Positions 8,367 through 17,269 of a DNA stretch of 64,000 nucleotides are shown piece by piece; the stretch's first letter is position 1; each line of letters opens with the position of its first letter. A program made the translations under genes and the position numbers. This stretch comes from Syntrophorhabdaceae bacterium (lineage in GTDB: Bacteria > Desulfobacterota > Syntrophorhabdia > Syntrophorhabdales > Syntrophorhabdaceae), in assembly GCA_963665295.1 (NCBI GenBank), contig OY762209.1, positions 5,444,165 to 5,508,164 on the forward strand, given 5' to 3'. The notes under the pieces are model-generated. The model was not told where the DNA came from and ran no database searches. It worked only from the letters and a program-made list of their open reading frames with translations.

Positions 8367-9439
8367 TGCCAGACTACATCGAGCGCCGGTTCCCCGTCTT
8401 TAAGGCGGGCACGCATAAGGATTCGGATGGCAAGGAACGGACCTGGACCCCGGCCGATCTGGACCATATGGTTTCGACCTACGATCCCACCCAGCATGAA
8501 GCTCCCGTGGTGATAGGTCACCCCAAAGACAATTCACCGGCGTTCGGGTGGGTCAAAAATCTATCCCGGGAAGGCGACGTGCTCCACGCTCACGCGGAAA
8601 TCTTCCCGGAGCTGGACGGCATGATACAGAAGGGGCTTTTCAAAAAGCGCTCCATTTCCCTCTATGAAGACGGGACGCTCAGGCACATAGGCTTTTTGGG
8701 GGCGAAGCCCCCTGCGGTTAAAGGACTCCCTGACATTCAGTTTGGGGAAGGAGTTGAAACCACCATCGAGTTTACAGACTCGAACACCAAAGAAGGAGGT
8801 AACCGGATGAAGTTTTTTGACTGGATCAGACAGACAGCAGGAAAAGAGGGGGTGACCCTCGAAGATTTACCCACGGCGGGGGGAACCTTTTCGGAAGAGG
8901 AACTGAAGCGAAGGATCGATGCGGCCCGCAAAGAGGAACGAGACAAAGCGACAGCGGAATTCTCGGAGGCGCAGAAAAAGACGTCCGATGATCTGAAAGC
9001 TCGTGAGGAACGGATACGCACACAGGAGCTGGAAACACGCAAAACCCTGACAGCCTCATTCTGCGAGGCCCTCCAGAAAGAGGGAAGGCTGACACCCGCA
9101 ATGATGAAGGTCGGCATGGGCATGACGAACTTTCTTGAGCAGATCGGCGCGATCGAGGCCACGATCGAATTCAACGAAGGAGAGAAGAAGCTCGCACAGA
9201 CACCCCTTGAGTTCATGCAGGCGTTTCTCCGGGGGCTCCCGAAGGCGATAGAATTTGGGGAAGTTGCGACGGATGACAAGGATACTGGGCCGAAAGGTCA
9301 GGCGGCAGAAAAACTTGATCGTCTGACCAAGGCAAAAATGGGGAGCGACAAGGCTTTATCCTACGGAGCCGCATTCACCGAAGTGCAGAGCGAAAACCCC
9401 GATCTTGCCCGCGATTATGCGGAAGAGATCGGCAGATAA
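8366..9439 (+). CDS. prohead protease / scaffold (Mu gpI position)
   Basis: EAPVVIGHP, PAFGWV, KKRSIS and LRHIGFLGAKPPAVKGL motifs; acidic helical C-terminal half. Confidence 0.88.
   Translation: MPDYIERRFPVFKAGTHKDSDGKERTWTPADLDHMVSTYDPTQHEAPVVIGHPKDNSPAFGWVKNLSREGDVLHAHAEIFPELDGMIQKGLFKKRSISLYEDGTLRHIGFLGAKPPAVKGLPDIQFGEGVETTIEFTDSNTKEGGNRMKFFDWIRQTAGKEGVTLEDLPTAGGTFSEEELKRRIDAARKEERDKATAEFSEAQKKTSDDLKAREERIRTQELETRKTLTASFCEALQKEGRLTPAMMKVGMGMTNFLEQIGAIEATIEFNEGEKKLAQTPLEFMQAFLRGLPKAIEFGEVATDDKDTGPKGQAAEKLDRLTKAKMGSDKALSYGAAFTEVQSENPDLARDYAEEIGR
8807..9439 (+). CDS. nested in-frame scaffolding protein (gpZ-like internal start)
   Basis: AAGGAGGT RBS 6 nt before an in-frame ATG at 8807. Confidence 0.6.
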   Translation: MKFFDWIRQTAGKEGVTLEDLPTAGGTFSEEELKRRIDAARKEERDKATAEFSEAQKKTSDDLKAREERIRTQELETRKTLTASFCEALQKEGRLTPAMMKVGMGMTNFLEQIGAIEATIEFNEGEKKLAQTPLEFMQAFLRGLPKAIEFGEVATDDKDTGPKGQAAEKLDRLTKAKMGSDKALSYGAAFTEVQSENPDLARDYAEEIGR

Positions 9440-9449
9440 GGAGGGACCG

Positions 9450-10211
9450 ATGAGCACGGAAAAGGCATTATGGGTGGAGTCCTACAAAGCAATCGAGGAT
9501 TTGAGTAACGACAAGTACCGCTTCGTGGTCCTCACCGCGACAGGCGTGAGACGGCCGGACAATGAAACGGAAATATGCCTCGGCATACTTCAGAACGCGC
9601 CCGCCATCAACGAGGCGGCTGTAGTCATGCTTGCGGGACGAAGCAAGCTCGAAATGAATGACGCCCTGGGCCTGGGCGCGTTCGTAAAAGCGGAATACGT
9701 CTCGGCAACGGACGCAGGCAAAGGAAAGACCGCGGCGGCTGACCTCTCTCACGCAAGGGGGTATGTCGTCGAGGCCAGCGGAGCGGAGGATGACCTGGGC
9801 TCCGTGATTCTGTTGGGGCCGGTCCCCGCGATCACGCAGGACGCATGGCAGCGAACCACGGTCACGACGGACGCGACAGCGGGGGCGAAAACCTACACGG
9901 CGGCTGAACTTGTCGGAGGTCTCATACTCCGGGATCCAGCGGGAGGCAACAGAAACGACGTCTCGCCTGCGGCCGCTGATATCGTTGCGGCTATCCAGGG
10001 CGCGGTGGTCAAAAGTTCATTTGAATTCACCATCCGCAACACAGCGGATGCGGCCGAAACCATTACCCTCACAGCAGGGGCAAGCGTCACGCTATCGGGC
10101 ACCATGACCATTGCGCAAAACAACAGCAAAAGATTTTTGGCCGTCGCGACCGATGTGGGCGCGGGAACGGAAGCCGTGACGATTTACAGTCTCGGCACAA
10201 TCGTACATTAA
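9450..10211 (+). CDS. capsid decoration/cement protein (DUF2190-like) with a C-terminal extension
   Basis: LGILQNAP..NEAAVV..GRSK and G.A.EA..A.DD pattern; lies between scaffold and capsid genes. Confidence 0.65.
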   Translation: MSTEKALWVESYKAIEDLSNDKYRFVVLTATGVRRPDNETEICLGILQNAPAINEAAVVMLAGRSKLEMNDALGLGAFVKAEYVSATDAGKGKTAAADLSHARGYVVEASGAEDDLGSVILLGPVPAITQDAWQRTTVTTDATAGAKTYTAAELVGGLILRDPAGGNRNDVSPAAADIVAAIQGAVVKSSFEFTIRNTADAAETITLTAGASVTLSGTMTIAQNNSKRFLAVATDVGAGTEAVTIYSLGTIVH

Positions 10212-10225
10212 GAGGAGGATAGGAT

Positions 10226-11215
10226 ATGGGTGGACCGAATGCAAAAGAGTTGATCGTAGCGGGGCCTCTCCAAAACGTGAGTCTCGCGTACCGCAACAAG
10301 TCGTATATAGGCGACAAGGTATTTCGTATCCTGGACAAGGTAGACCCGAGGGCAAAAATCGCCCGTTATCTCAAGGGATCGTGGTTCAGGGACGAAGCAG
10401 CTATAAGGGGAGCGGGCGGGGAAGCCCCTCGCGGAACGTATGAGGTGGACTTGCTGTCCCTGGCGACAAAAGAGTATGCGTTCGCAAAGGAAGTGACCGA
10501 TGAAGACAGACGGTTTGCGAAATCGCAGATGGCGCCACCTCTTAAACCAGACCAGGACGCCATTGAATTCACCGCGGACAAAATAGACCTTTCAAAAGAG
10601 CGCAGAGTGGCGAATCTGGTGAAGACTTCATCGTGGATAGACGGAAACGGGGCGGGCGGAGAGGACGCAGAGGGTCTGTGGTCGCCCGTGGGCGCGACAA
10701 ACACCTTTCTCGCGGATATCAAAAAAGGCAAAAAGGCCGTTCAGAGCGGGACGGGAGTGACGCCCAATGCGCTCATTCTTGATTACGCGACCTATATAGG
10801 CCTGACAGAGGTGGAGTCCATCCTGGACAAGATCAAATATACCCAGCGCGGCGTTTTAACGAGGGACCTCCTTGCCTCGCTTCTTGAACTGGAAGAGGTG
10901 CTCGTGGGTGAGGCCATAGTAAATACGGCGAAGGAGACCAAAGCAGGGACGGAATTCACCGCCTCCTACGTTTGGGAAGTGAATGCAGGCAAGGGCATGG
11001 GTTTTCTCTTCTATCGTCCGCCCGCCCCGGGGCTCAAGGTTCCTGCCGCAGGGTATCAGGCCCGCGTCGCCTACGAAGACGGTCAGTCGAGACGCACCAC
11101 AACCTGGAGGGAGGCAAGTCGTCACCAGGATGTATATGAGGTCGCGGAAGAGACGGACATCGTGCAGACCGGTGCCGACCTGGGCTACCTGTTCAAAGAT
11201 ACGTTCGCAACGTAG
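10226..11215 (+). CDS. major capsid protein
   Basis: LQNVSLAYRN..YIGDKVF start and terminal GYLFKD motif; 329 aa; synteny. Confidence 0.85.
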   Translation: MGGPNAKELIVAGPLQNVSLAYRNKSYIGDKVFRILDKVDPRAKIARYLKGSWFRDEAAIRGAGGEAPRGTYEVDLLSLATKEYAFAKEVTDEDRRFAKSQMAPPLKPDQDAIEFTADKIDLSKERRVANLVKTSSWIDGNGAGGEDAEGLWSPVGATNTFLADIKKGKKAVQSGTGVTPNALILDYATYIGLTEVESILDKIKYTQRGVLTRDLLASLLELEEVLVGEAIVNTAKETKAGTEFTASYVWEVNAGKGMGFLFYRPPAPGLKVPAAGYQARVAYEDGQSRRTTTWREASRHQDVYEVAEETDIVQTGADLGYLFKDTFAT

Positions 11216-11266
11216 GAATGAGGGGCCGGGAAACCCCGGCCCACCCTATGATGAATCGAGGAGATT

Positions 11267-11698
11267 ATGTATTGTACGATAGATGACATCAAGAAGCTCC
11301 TCCCGGAGGAGCTTCTGATTCAACTCACGGACGACGAGGGATTGAACCGGGTTAACGACGCCCGGGTCGATGAGGCGATCGCGCAGGCGGGCGCGGAGAT
11401 AGACTCGTACTGCGCGACAAAATATGCCGTTCCCTTCGCTACGGTCCCGCCGATCGTCAAGAAATGTTCCGTGGACATGGCGATTTACAACCTCTATTCC
11501 CGGCGCGTGGAAAAGACACCTGAAACGCGGGTGGACAGGTATAACAACGCGGTCAAGTTATTGAGCAATATCGCAAAAGGAGTGGTGTCGATCGGCGCGG
11601 ACCCGGCCCCCACGGAGCAAGCCACAGGAGATCAAATATCGGGAACGAAAGAAGCGAGTGACCGCGTTGTCACGCGATCGAAAATGAGGGGGTATTAA
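11267..11698 (+). CDS. head-tail adaptor, Mu gp36-like (DUF1320)
   Basis: YCTIDDI, LIQLTDD, EIDSY, RYNNAVKLL..IAKG motifs. Confidence 0.88.
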   Translation: MYCTIDDIKKLLPEELLIQLTDDEGLNRVNDARVDEAIAQAGAEIDSYCATKYAVPFATVPPIVKKCSVDMAIYNLYSRRVEKTPETRVDRYNNAVKLLSNIAKGVVSIGADPAPTEQATGDQISGTKEASDRVVTRSKMRGY

Positions 11699-12202
11699 AT
11701 GCCAGACACAATGGACCCGGGGTGGGGGAGAGACGAGTTCGGGGCGCAACCCTACGGCCAGTTTCTGGAAACCCTGCTTGCCATCGAGGAAGGGATCAAG
11801 GACGGAATAAGAGCCGCCATGCCCTATCTCAAGAAGGTCGAGACCTACGCGGGGCAACTCGAAGGCGAGATCGAAGAACTTACGATACTCTTTCCCGCGG
11901 TGTTCGTGAGCTATGGGGGGTCGGACTTTGAATGGATCGACGGACAGAGTTTTCAGAATGACCCGGTTTTCAAGGTTATTGTAGTGGCAAAGGACCTTAG
12001 AGGCCAGACCGGCATGCGCGGAGGCGAATACGGGTGCTACAGGATGATTATCGACACTCTGAATGCGATCGCGAATTGCACTTTCGGGAAAGAGATACAA
12101 CCCCTGAAGCCCGTAAAAGTCACGCCCCTCTTCATCAGCAAAGCGTTTGCCGCTTACGGCATAGATTTTCAAACGCAGTTTGATACAGCATACCCGCAAT
12201 AA
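11699..12202 (+). CDS. Mu gp37-like tail terminator (DUF1834-like)
   Basis: VETYAGQL and PAVFVSYGG motifs; synteny. Confidence 0.75.
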   Translation: MPDTMDPGWGRDEFGAQPYGQFLETLLAIEEGIKDGIRAAMPYLKKVETYAGQLEGEIEELTILFPAVFVSYGGSDFEWIDGQSFQNDPVFKVIVVAKDLRGQTGMRGGEYGCYRMIIDTLNAIANCTFGKEIQPLKPVKVTPLFISKAFAAYGIDFQTQFDTAYPQ

Positions 12203-12222
12203 CGGTAAGGGAGGTACGGCAT

Positions 12223-12411
12223 ATGGCCATGATAAGAGTAACGGCAAAGGTCGACGGAATCCACGCGACGAGCGGAAAGACCCTCGTAGCGGGCGAAGAA
12301 TGCGATATCGATGAGGGCGAGTTCGGCGACGAGGTCTTTGAGCGCGCGCCCGGGCCCGGTAAGACCCTGGGCAAGACGGGCATTACGACATCACAGGAGG
12401 ATAAAACATGA
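12223..12411 (+). CDS. small phage protein (gp38 position)
   Basis: RBS GGGAGG; stop overlaps the tail tube start. Confidence 0.55.
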   Translation: MAMIRVTAKVDGIHATSGKTLVAGEECDIDEGEFGDEVFERAPGPGKTLGKTGITTSQEDKT

Positions 12412-13466
12412 GCGGACTATCTGGCGCGGAAATAAAGGCCGCGCTGAAAAAAGCGGCTACATGGGGAACGGCGGTCGCCGCAGGAGCGGGTGACGGGATA
12501 CTCATACTCCCGTCGAGCTTCAAAAAGGACGTGGGTGCCGAAGTTGACGACAGCATGGGTACCTATTTCGCAAAAGACGGGCTTTTGGGCGCAATTAAAG
12601 TGGAGGGCGATCTCCCGGCATATCTCAGGTATGACAGCCTGGACGTCTTGATCGCCCAGGTCATGGGCACGGCGGGCGCGCCGACACAGCAGGGGAGCAC
12701 CACGGCCTATGCCTATACATATAAGCCTGCCACGAACGTGGATGGCAAGTTCTCAACATTCGCGAAGCACATGAAGGCGTATATCGAGGAGCATAGCAGC
12801 CTCAAGGTGATAGGCTTCACCATCAAAGGCGAAGTGGGCAAGGCCTTGCAGATCACTTTCAAGACGATATCCATTAATAAAGTGGTCGACAGCACCACAA
12901 ACACTACCACCACATTTAACAACGTCACTTTCACGGAAGTGGCGAACCGAGTGATGTATTCCCATGGGGTAATCCGGATGAACGCGGCCTCCGGTGCCGC
13001 CCTTGCCGCTGGGGACAAAATCTATCCGAGTTCCTTTGAATTTTCCTTTCAAAGAAAACTCAAGGGGGAGCACACGGGCCAGTATAGGTATACATCCGGG
13101 AGCAATAGCCAGGACCTCATAGACGAGCCGTGCAATGACGGCGCTCCGGAGATTACCCTAAAACTGGAGTTCGCGAGACACACCAGCACCACGTATCTTG
13201 CCGTTCTGGGCGGGGATACAAGGCAGAAGCTCGACATGACGTTCACGGGCGCGACCATAAGTGGCGCATACGCCCGGCAGTTCATGCTCCAGTTTCCGCA
13301 CCTTCAGCTCATCAACGATGACCCCGCCGATGCGGAGGGGAACATCAAAGAACCCCTTGAGTTCCGGGTTTACGGAGCTGCGACAGCCCCCACGGGCATG
13401 ACGGGGATCACCGATCCCTTTTGGGTCACCGGCATCAACCAGCGGTCTACGGACCCGCTGACATAG
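12408..13466 (+). CDS. tail tube protein
   Basis: 352 aa, Thr/Gly/Ala-rich and beta-like; lies before the chaperone and tape measure genes. Confidence 0.7.
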   Translation: MSGLSGAEIKAALKKAATWGTAVAAGAGDGILILPSSFKKDVGAEVDDSMGTYFAKDGLLGAIKVEGDLPAYLRYDSLDVLIAQVMGTAGAPTQQGSTTAYAYTYKPATNVDGKFSTFAKHMKAYIEEHSSLKVIGFTIKGEVGKALQITFKTISINKVVDSTTNTTTTFNNVTFTEVANRVMYSHGVIRMNAASGAALAAGDKIYPSSFEFSFQRKLKGEHTGQYRYTSGSNSQDLIDEPCNDGAPEITLKLEFARHTSTTYLAVLGGDTRQKLDMTFTGATISGAYARQFMLQFPHLQLINDDPADAEGNIKEPLEFRVYGAATAPTGMTGITDPFWVTGINQRSTDPLT

Positions 13467-13480
13467 CGAGAGGAGGAAAC

Positions 13481-13861
13481 ATGGAATTATCAGGATTGAA
13501 AAACGACACTTTACAGGCGTGGGTGCCCTTTGATGATGATACGGAGGTGCTCATCGCCTACGTGTCGCGGGAGGATTTGAGGGAGCTGAGAAAGCAGGCA
13601 ACATCCTTGAAGTTTCTCAAGCATCAGAAATCCGAGGAAACGGATGCGAAAGAGGCGGACAGGCTGTTGGGAAGAAAGGGCGTGAAGAACTGGCGCGCCC
13701 TGCCGGGCAGGCCGGGTTTTACCATGGGAGGTGAAGTCTTCGGGTACTCGCCTGAAAATTGTGACTTCCTTATGGAGAGGTTCAACGAGTTTGCAAATTT
13801 CGTGAATGAGGCGGCCATCGACTTCTCGAAGTTCGTGGAAGAGGCGAAAGAGCAGGACTGA
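13481..13861 (+). CDS. tail assembly chaperone
   Basis: RBS AGGAGG; between tube and tape measure genes; VKNWRAL motif. Confidence 0.65.
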   Translation: MELSGLKNDTLQAWVPFDDDTEVLIAYVSREDLRELRKQATSLKFLKHQKSEETDAKEADRLLGRKGVKNWRALPGRPGFTMGGEVFGYSPENCDFLMERFNEFANFVNEAAIDFSKFVEEAKEQD

Positions 13862-13905
13862 ATAACCTCCTCGCGCACATCAGGTCCAGGCTCGACTTCC
13901 CTGGC

Positions 13906-14172
13906 GTGTCATGTGAGGAGTGCGAGGCGGCGCGGCGGATAGATGGAGATATACCCGCCTGTGAAACGGAAAAGGGTTGCATCATTCCTCCCTTGGGAGA
14001 GACCGGGGCGCGGATCATGGCGATCCGGGAGAAGCTTGTGACGCTCAAGAACCTCGTTGATCCGGGAACGATCCTCGTGGCTTATGGGGTAACGAGGGAC
14101 GATTTGGAAATGTTGGCCAAAGTGGAACAGGTAATGAACGCACTCAAACCAAAAGGCACGGGAAATGTCTGA
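13906..14172 (+). CDS. tail chaperone downstream ORF (gpT-like, probably made by frameshift)
   Basis: CxxC..C..C motif; its frame is open from 13810, overlapping the chaperone in the -1 frame; no clear RBS. Confidence 0.55.
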   Translation: MSCEECEAARRIDGDIPACETEKGCIIPPLGETGARIMAIREKLVTLKNLVDPGTILVAYGVTRDDLEMLAKVEQVMNALKPKGTGNV

Positions 14173-17100
14173 GATAAGAATCGCGGTGGTAGTAGACGAC
14201 AATACCCGCCCGGGACTTAGCGCAGTCGAAAGCGGCGCTAAGTCCGCGTTCGCCTCCCTGGAAAGCTCAAGCAAGCAGGCGTCCATGCAGGTGTCGAGCG
14301 CCTTTGACGGTATGGCTTCCAGGTCCGTCGCGGCAGCGGAAGGGCAACGGGCGGCGCACCAGAGCGCCGCAGGCGCGTTAAAAGAGAATTGGCTTGCGGT
14401 CACTGCGGCTATCGCGGCGGCAGTGGCAACAGTTATCGGCATTATCAAAAGCCTCATCGACCAGGCGGCTCTTGCTGCGAGAGTGGAAACTCTCGCCGTG
14501 GTGGTAAACGTGGTGGGTCGGAATGCGGGCTATAGCGCGGTACAGATCAAAGGCTACGTGGATCAGGTCAAGGCCATGGGCATTACTACCCAAGCCTCTT
14601 TGACCTCGGTGACCAGAATGGCCCAGGCACACATCGACCTTGGAAAAGCATCTGCCCTGGCGAGGATCGCCCAGGACGCGGCGGTCATCGGCAATATCAA
14701 CAGCTCCCAGGCGCTGGAGACGCTGGTTCACGGCATCCAGGCGGGAGAAGTCGAGGTGCTCAGAACCATAGGTATTAATGTGAATTTTGAGCAGTCCTAT
14801 CAAAAGCTCGCTCAGACGCTCGGAAAGTCGACCGACGCCCTAAGCGAGAACGAAAAAATGACCGCCCGAACGAACGCCGTGCTTGCCCAAGGGAAGAACA
14901 TTTCCGGAGCCTATGCCGCCTCCATGGACACGGTGGGCAAACAGGCGCTCAGCCTGTCCCGTTATTCGGAAGAGGCTCAACTCAAGCTGGGCGAGTTGTT
15001 CAAACCCGCATATGCGGCCCTTATAAATATGGCCACCAATGCACTCCAGGGCATGAACGATAAATTGAGCGAATTGAACCGGGAGGGGAGTCTCGCAAAG
15101 TGGGGCGAGGCGGGAGCTTCGGCCCTGCTGTTTATAGGCAATAACGCGGTGCCCATCGCGCTTGGCGGGTTGACGATGATGGTGGCCACTGTAGCGAAGC
15201 TCGTCGGCCAGTTCGAGATTCTCAATGCGGTTTCAAAGGCAAATCTCGCGATCATGGCCCTCACTGCCGCCGCTGTTGTGGGTAACGAGATCGGACAATA
15301 TCTCGCGTCAAAGAAACCGGAGAATCAGGCTCTTGACGCGGCTAATTCATGGGTGGACGAAAACAGAACATTCGTGAAGGACCGATGGAACAAGATTCAA
15401 AAGGACTTGGACGCCTCAAATATTAAAGGCATCCAATCTGCGCAGGCCCTCGCCAAGGCAATTGAATCAAAGGAGATTGCCCGGTATACCGACGCATCCG
15501 GACAGACCCGATATAAAGACCTCCGAGTCGAACTGCAAATGACGAAGGAGATGATCGACAAGACCACCAAGGGATTCGCCGAGATGGGGTCCATGGTCGA
15601 CAAGGTGGGTGGCATGAATCTCAAGTTCGCGGGTAACGATCTTTCCGAGCAGATCAAGGCGGACGTGCTTGATATGCGGGCGCTTACCTTAGAATATCAG
15701 TCCTTATCGGACACCGTGAAGGTGGGATTCGACATCGACAAACAGGTTGCCCAGATCGACCGGATAGCGACGGCATATAGCTCCTATGGGCTAGTCATTG
15801 ACGACGTAAGCAGTAACCAGATTCAATGGCAAAAAGCCATTCTGGAAGAGATGAAATTGTACGAAACGAAACAATCAGCGATAGGAAAACAGACGGTCGC
15901 TGTTACGGAAGCTGAAATAAAGGGCCTTGAAGGCAAACTCGGAAATTACCGGGCCTACTATGAGGATTTGAAGAAGCTCCAGAAAACATTCTATGACGGG
16001 ATGGCGAAATCCATCCAGGACATTACTAAACTCGACAAAGATATGCTCGCGTCCCGGAAAACGACCGCCGCCCTTCTTCTCGATGTGCAGAACAAGGGCA
16101 ATCCGGCCACAAACGAAGTTGAAGAGTATAACCGCAAGGCCTCGCAGCTCGACGCACAGTATACGGAAGCTATGTCTATGTCTGGAGAGGAGAGGATCAA
16201 GGCCCTCCAGGATTATCAGCGGGCATGGGCGGAAATGGTCAAGGAGGTCAAATACACGGACGTTTCCCGGCAGCTCGTGTCTTCCGGGAGCGGTTTTAAC
16301 ATGTCGAGCGATTTTCAGGACGTGGCAGTCACAAAGACATACCGAAGTCTCGCGGAGTCGGCGAACGAAGCGGCGATCCGCATCTCTCAGGCGGGGGCGC
16401 TGATCGACGAGACACAACAAAAAATGCGCGCCGACGCGGAGGCGAACCTAACCAAGCAGAAAGAGGCCTATGACACAGTCACCGAGAGCATCAAAACCAT
16501 GGAAGCGGGCATAAAGGCCGTCGAGTCGGAGTTGCGTATCCTCGATGCGCAGCTCGAAAAACAGCGCACACTTACCATAGATGTATCCGGAGCCTTGGCG
16601 AACCTTAAGGCCCTGGTAGACCTGCAAAACCAGATCGGGAGCGGCATCGGGCAGAGTGCGGCCGTACCTCAGACGTCAGGCACAAGCTCGTACTCGATCA
16701 CCTATGATAATGAGCCCCTTGCATCGTATGCAAGCGGCACACCCTATGCCCCTCAAACGGGCATCTACCAGCTTCACCAGGGAGAGGCCGTCAAGACTGC
16801 GGAAGAGAACCGGTCCTCCCGGTCTTCGTCGTCCCCCGGGCAGGTCGACAATTTGCTTGGTGCGCTCGCAAGCCTTGCCGAGGCAAGAAATGCAATTCAA
16901 GTCATATACGGCATGTCCGGACAGGGTATGGCGACCTCTCCGGTTACGTCAGGACAAAGCACGAGCAACTACCCGTATGACATAGGCTCCAATTATGCGC
17001 CCGTACTCGATTCCTATGCCTCCGGAACCGATTACGTTCCGCAAACGGGCCTGTATGAGCTGCACATTGGAGAGCGAGTGGTAAAGGCAAGTGATAATGC

Positions 17101-17269
17101 CCGGACAGACTCAGGGAGACCGGATAACCCGATCCCGGCCGGCCCGTCCATTACCTTCTCTGCGGGTGCCATTGTCATCAATGGTGCCGATAAATCTCCC
17201 GAGGAGCTTGCCCGCCTCATCGTAAAGCCCCTCGACAGGGAACTCAAAAGACTGGGGTATAGATCATGA
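14165..17269 (+). CDS. tail tape measure protein
   Basis: 1034 aa, Ala-rich helical, with hydrophobic segments and C-terminal YASGT..P.TG..LH.GE motifs. Confidence 0.9.
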   Translation: MSEIRIAVVVDDNTRPGLSAVESGAKSAFASLESSSKQASMQVSSAFDGMASRSVAAAEGQRAAHQSAAGALKENWLAVTAAIAAAVATVIGIIKSLIDQAALAARVETLAVVVNVVGRNAGYSAVQIKGYVDQVKAMGITTQASLTSVTRMAQAHIDLGKASALARIAQDAAVIGNINSSQALETLVHGIQAGEVEVLRTIGINVNFEQSYQKLAQTLGKSTDALSENEKMTARTNAVLAQGKNISGAYAASMDTVGKQALSLSRYSEEAQLKLGELFKPAYAALINMATNALQGMNDKLSELNREGSLAKWGEAGASALLFIGNNAVPIALGGLTMMVATVAKLVGQFEILNAVSKANLAIMALTAAAVVGNEIGQYLASKKPENQALDAANSWVDENRTFVKDRWNKIQKDLDASNIKGIQSAQALAKAIESKEIARYTDASGQTRYKDLRVELQMTKEMIDKTTKGFAEMGSMVDKVGGMNLKFAGNDLSEQIKADVLDMRALTLEYQSLSDTVKVGFDIDKQVAQIDRIATAYSSYGLVIDDVSSNQIQWQKAILEEMKLYETKQSAIGKQTVAVTEAEIKGLEGKLGNYRAYYEDLKKLQKTFYDGMAKSIQDITKLDKDMLASRKTTAALLLDVQNKGNPATNEVEEYNRKASQLDAQYTEAMSMSGEERIKALQDYQRAWAEMVKEVKYTDVSRQLVSSGSGFNMSSDFQDVAVTKTYRSLAESANEAAIRISQAGALIDETQQKMRADAEANLTKQKEAYDTVTESIKTMEAGIKAVESELRILDAQLEKQRTLTIDVSGALANLKALVDLQNQIGSGIGQSAAVPQTSGTSSYSITYDNEPLASYASGTPYAPQTGIYQLHQGEAVKTAEENRSSRSSSSPGQVDNLLGALASLAEARNAIQVIYGMSGQGMATSPVTSGQSTSNYPYDIGSNYAPVLDSYASGTDYVPQTGLYELHIGERVVKASDNARTDSGRPDNPIPAGPSITFSAGAIVINGADKSPEELARLIVKPLDRELKRLGYRS

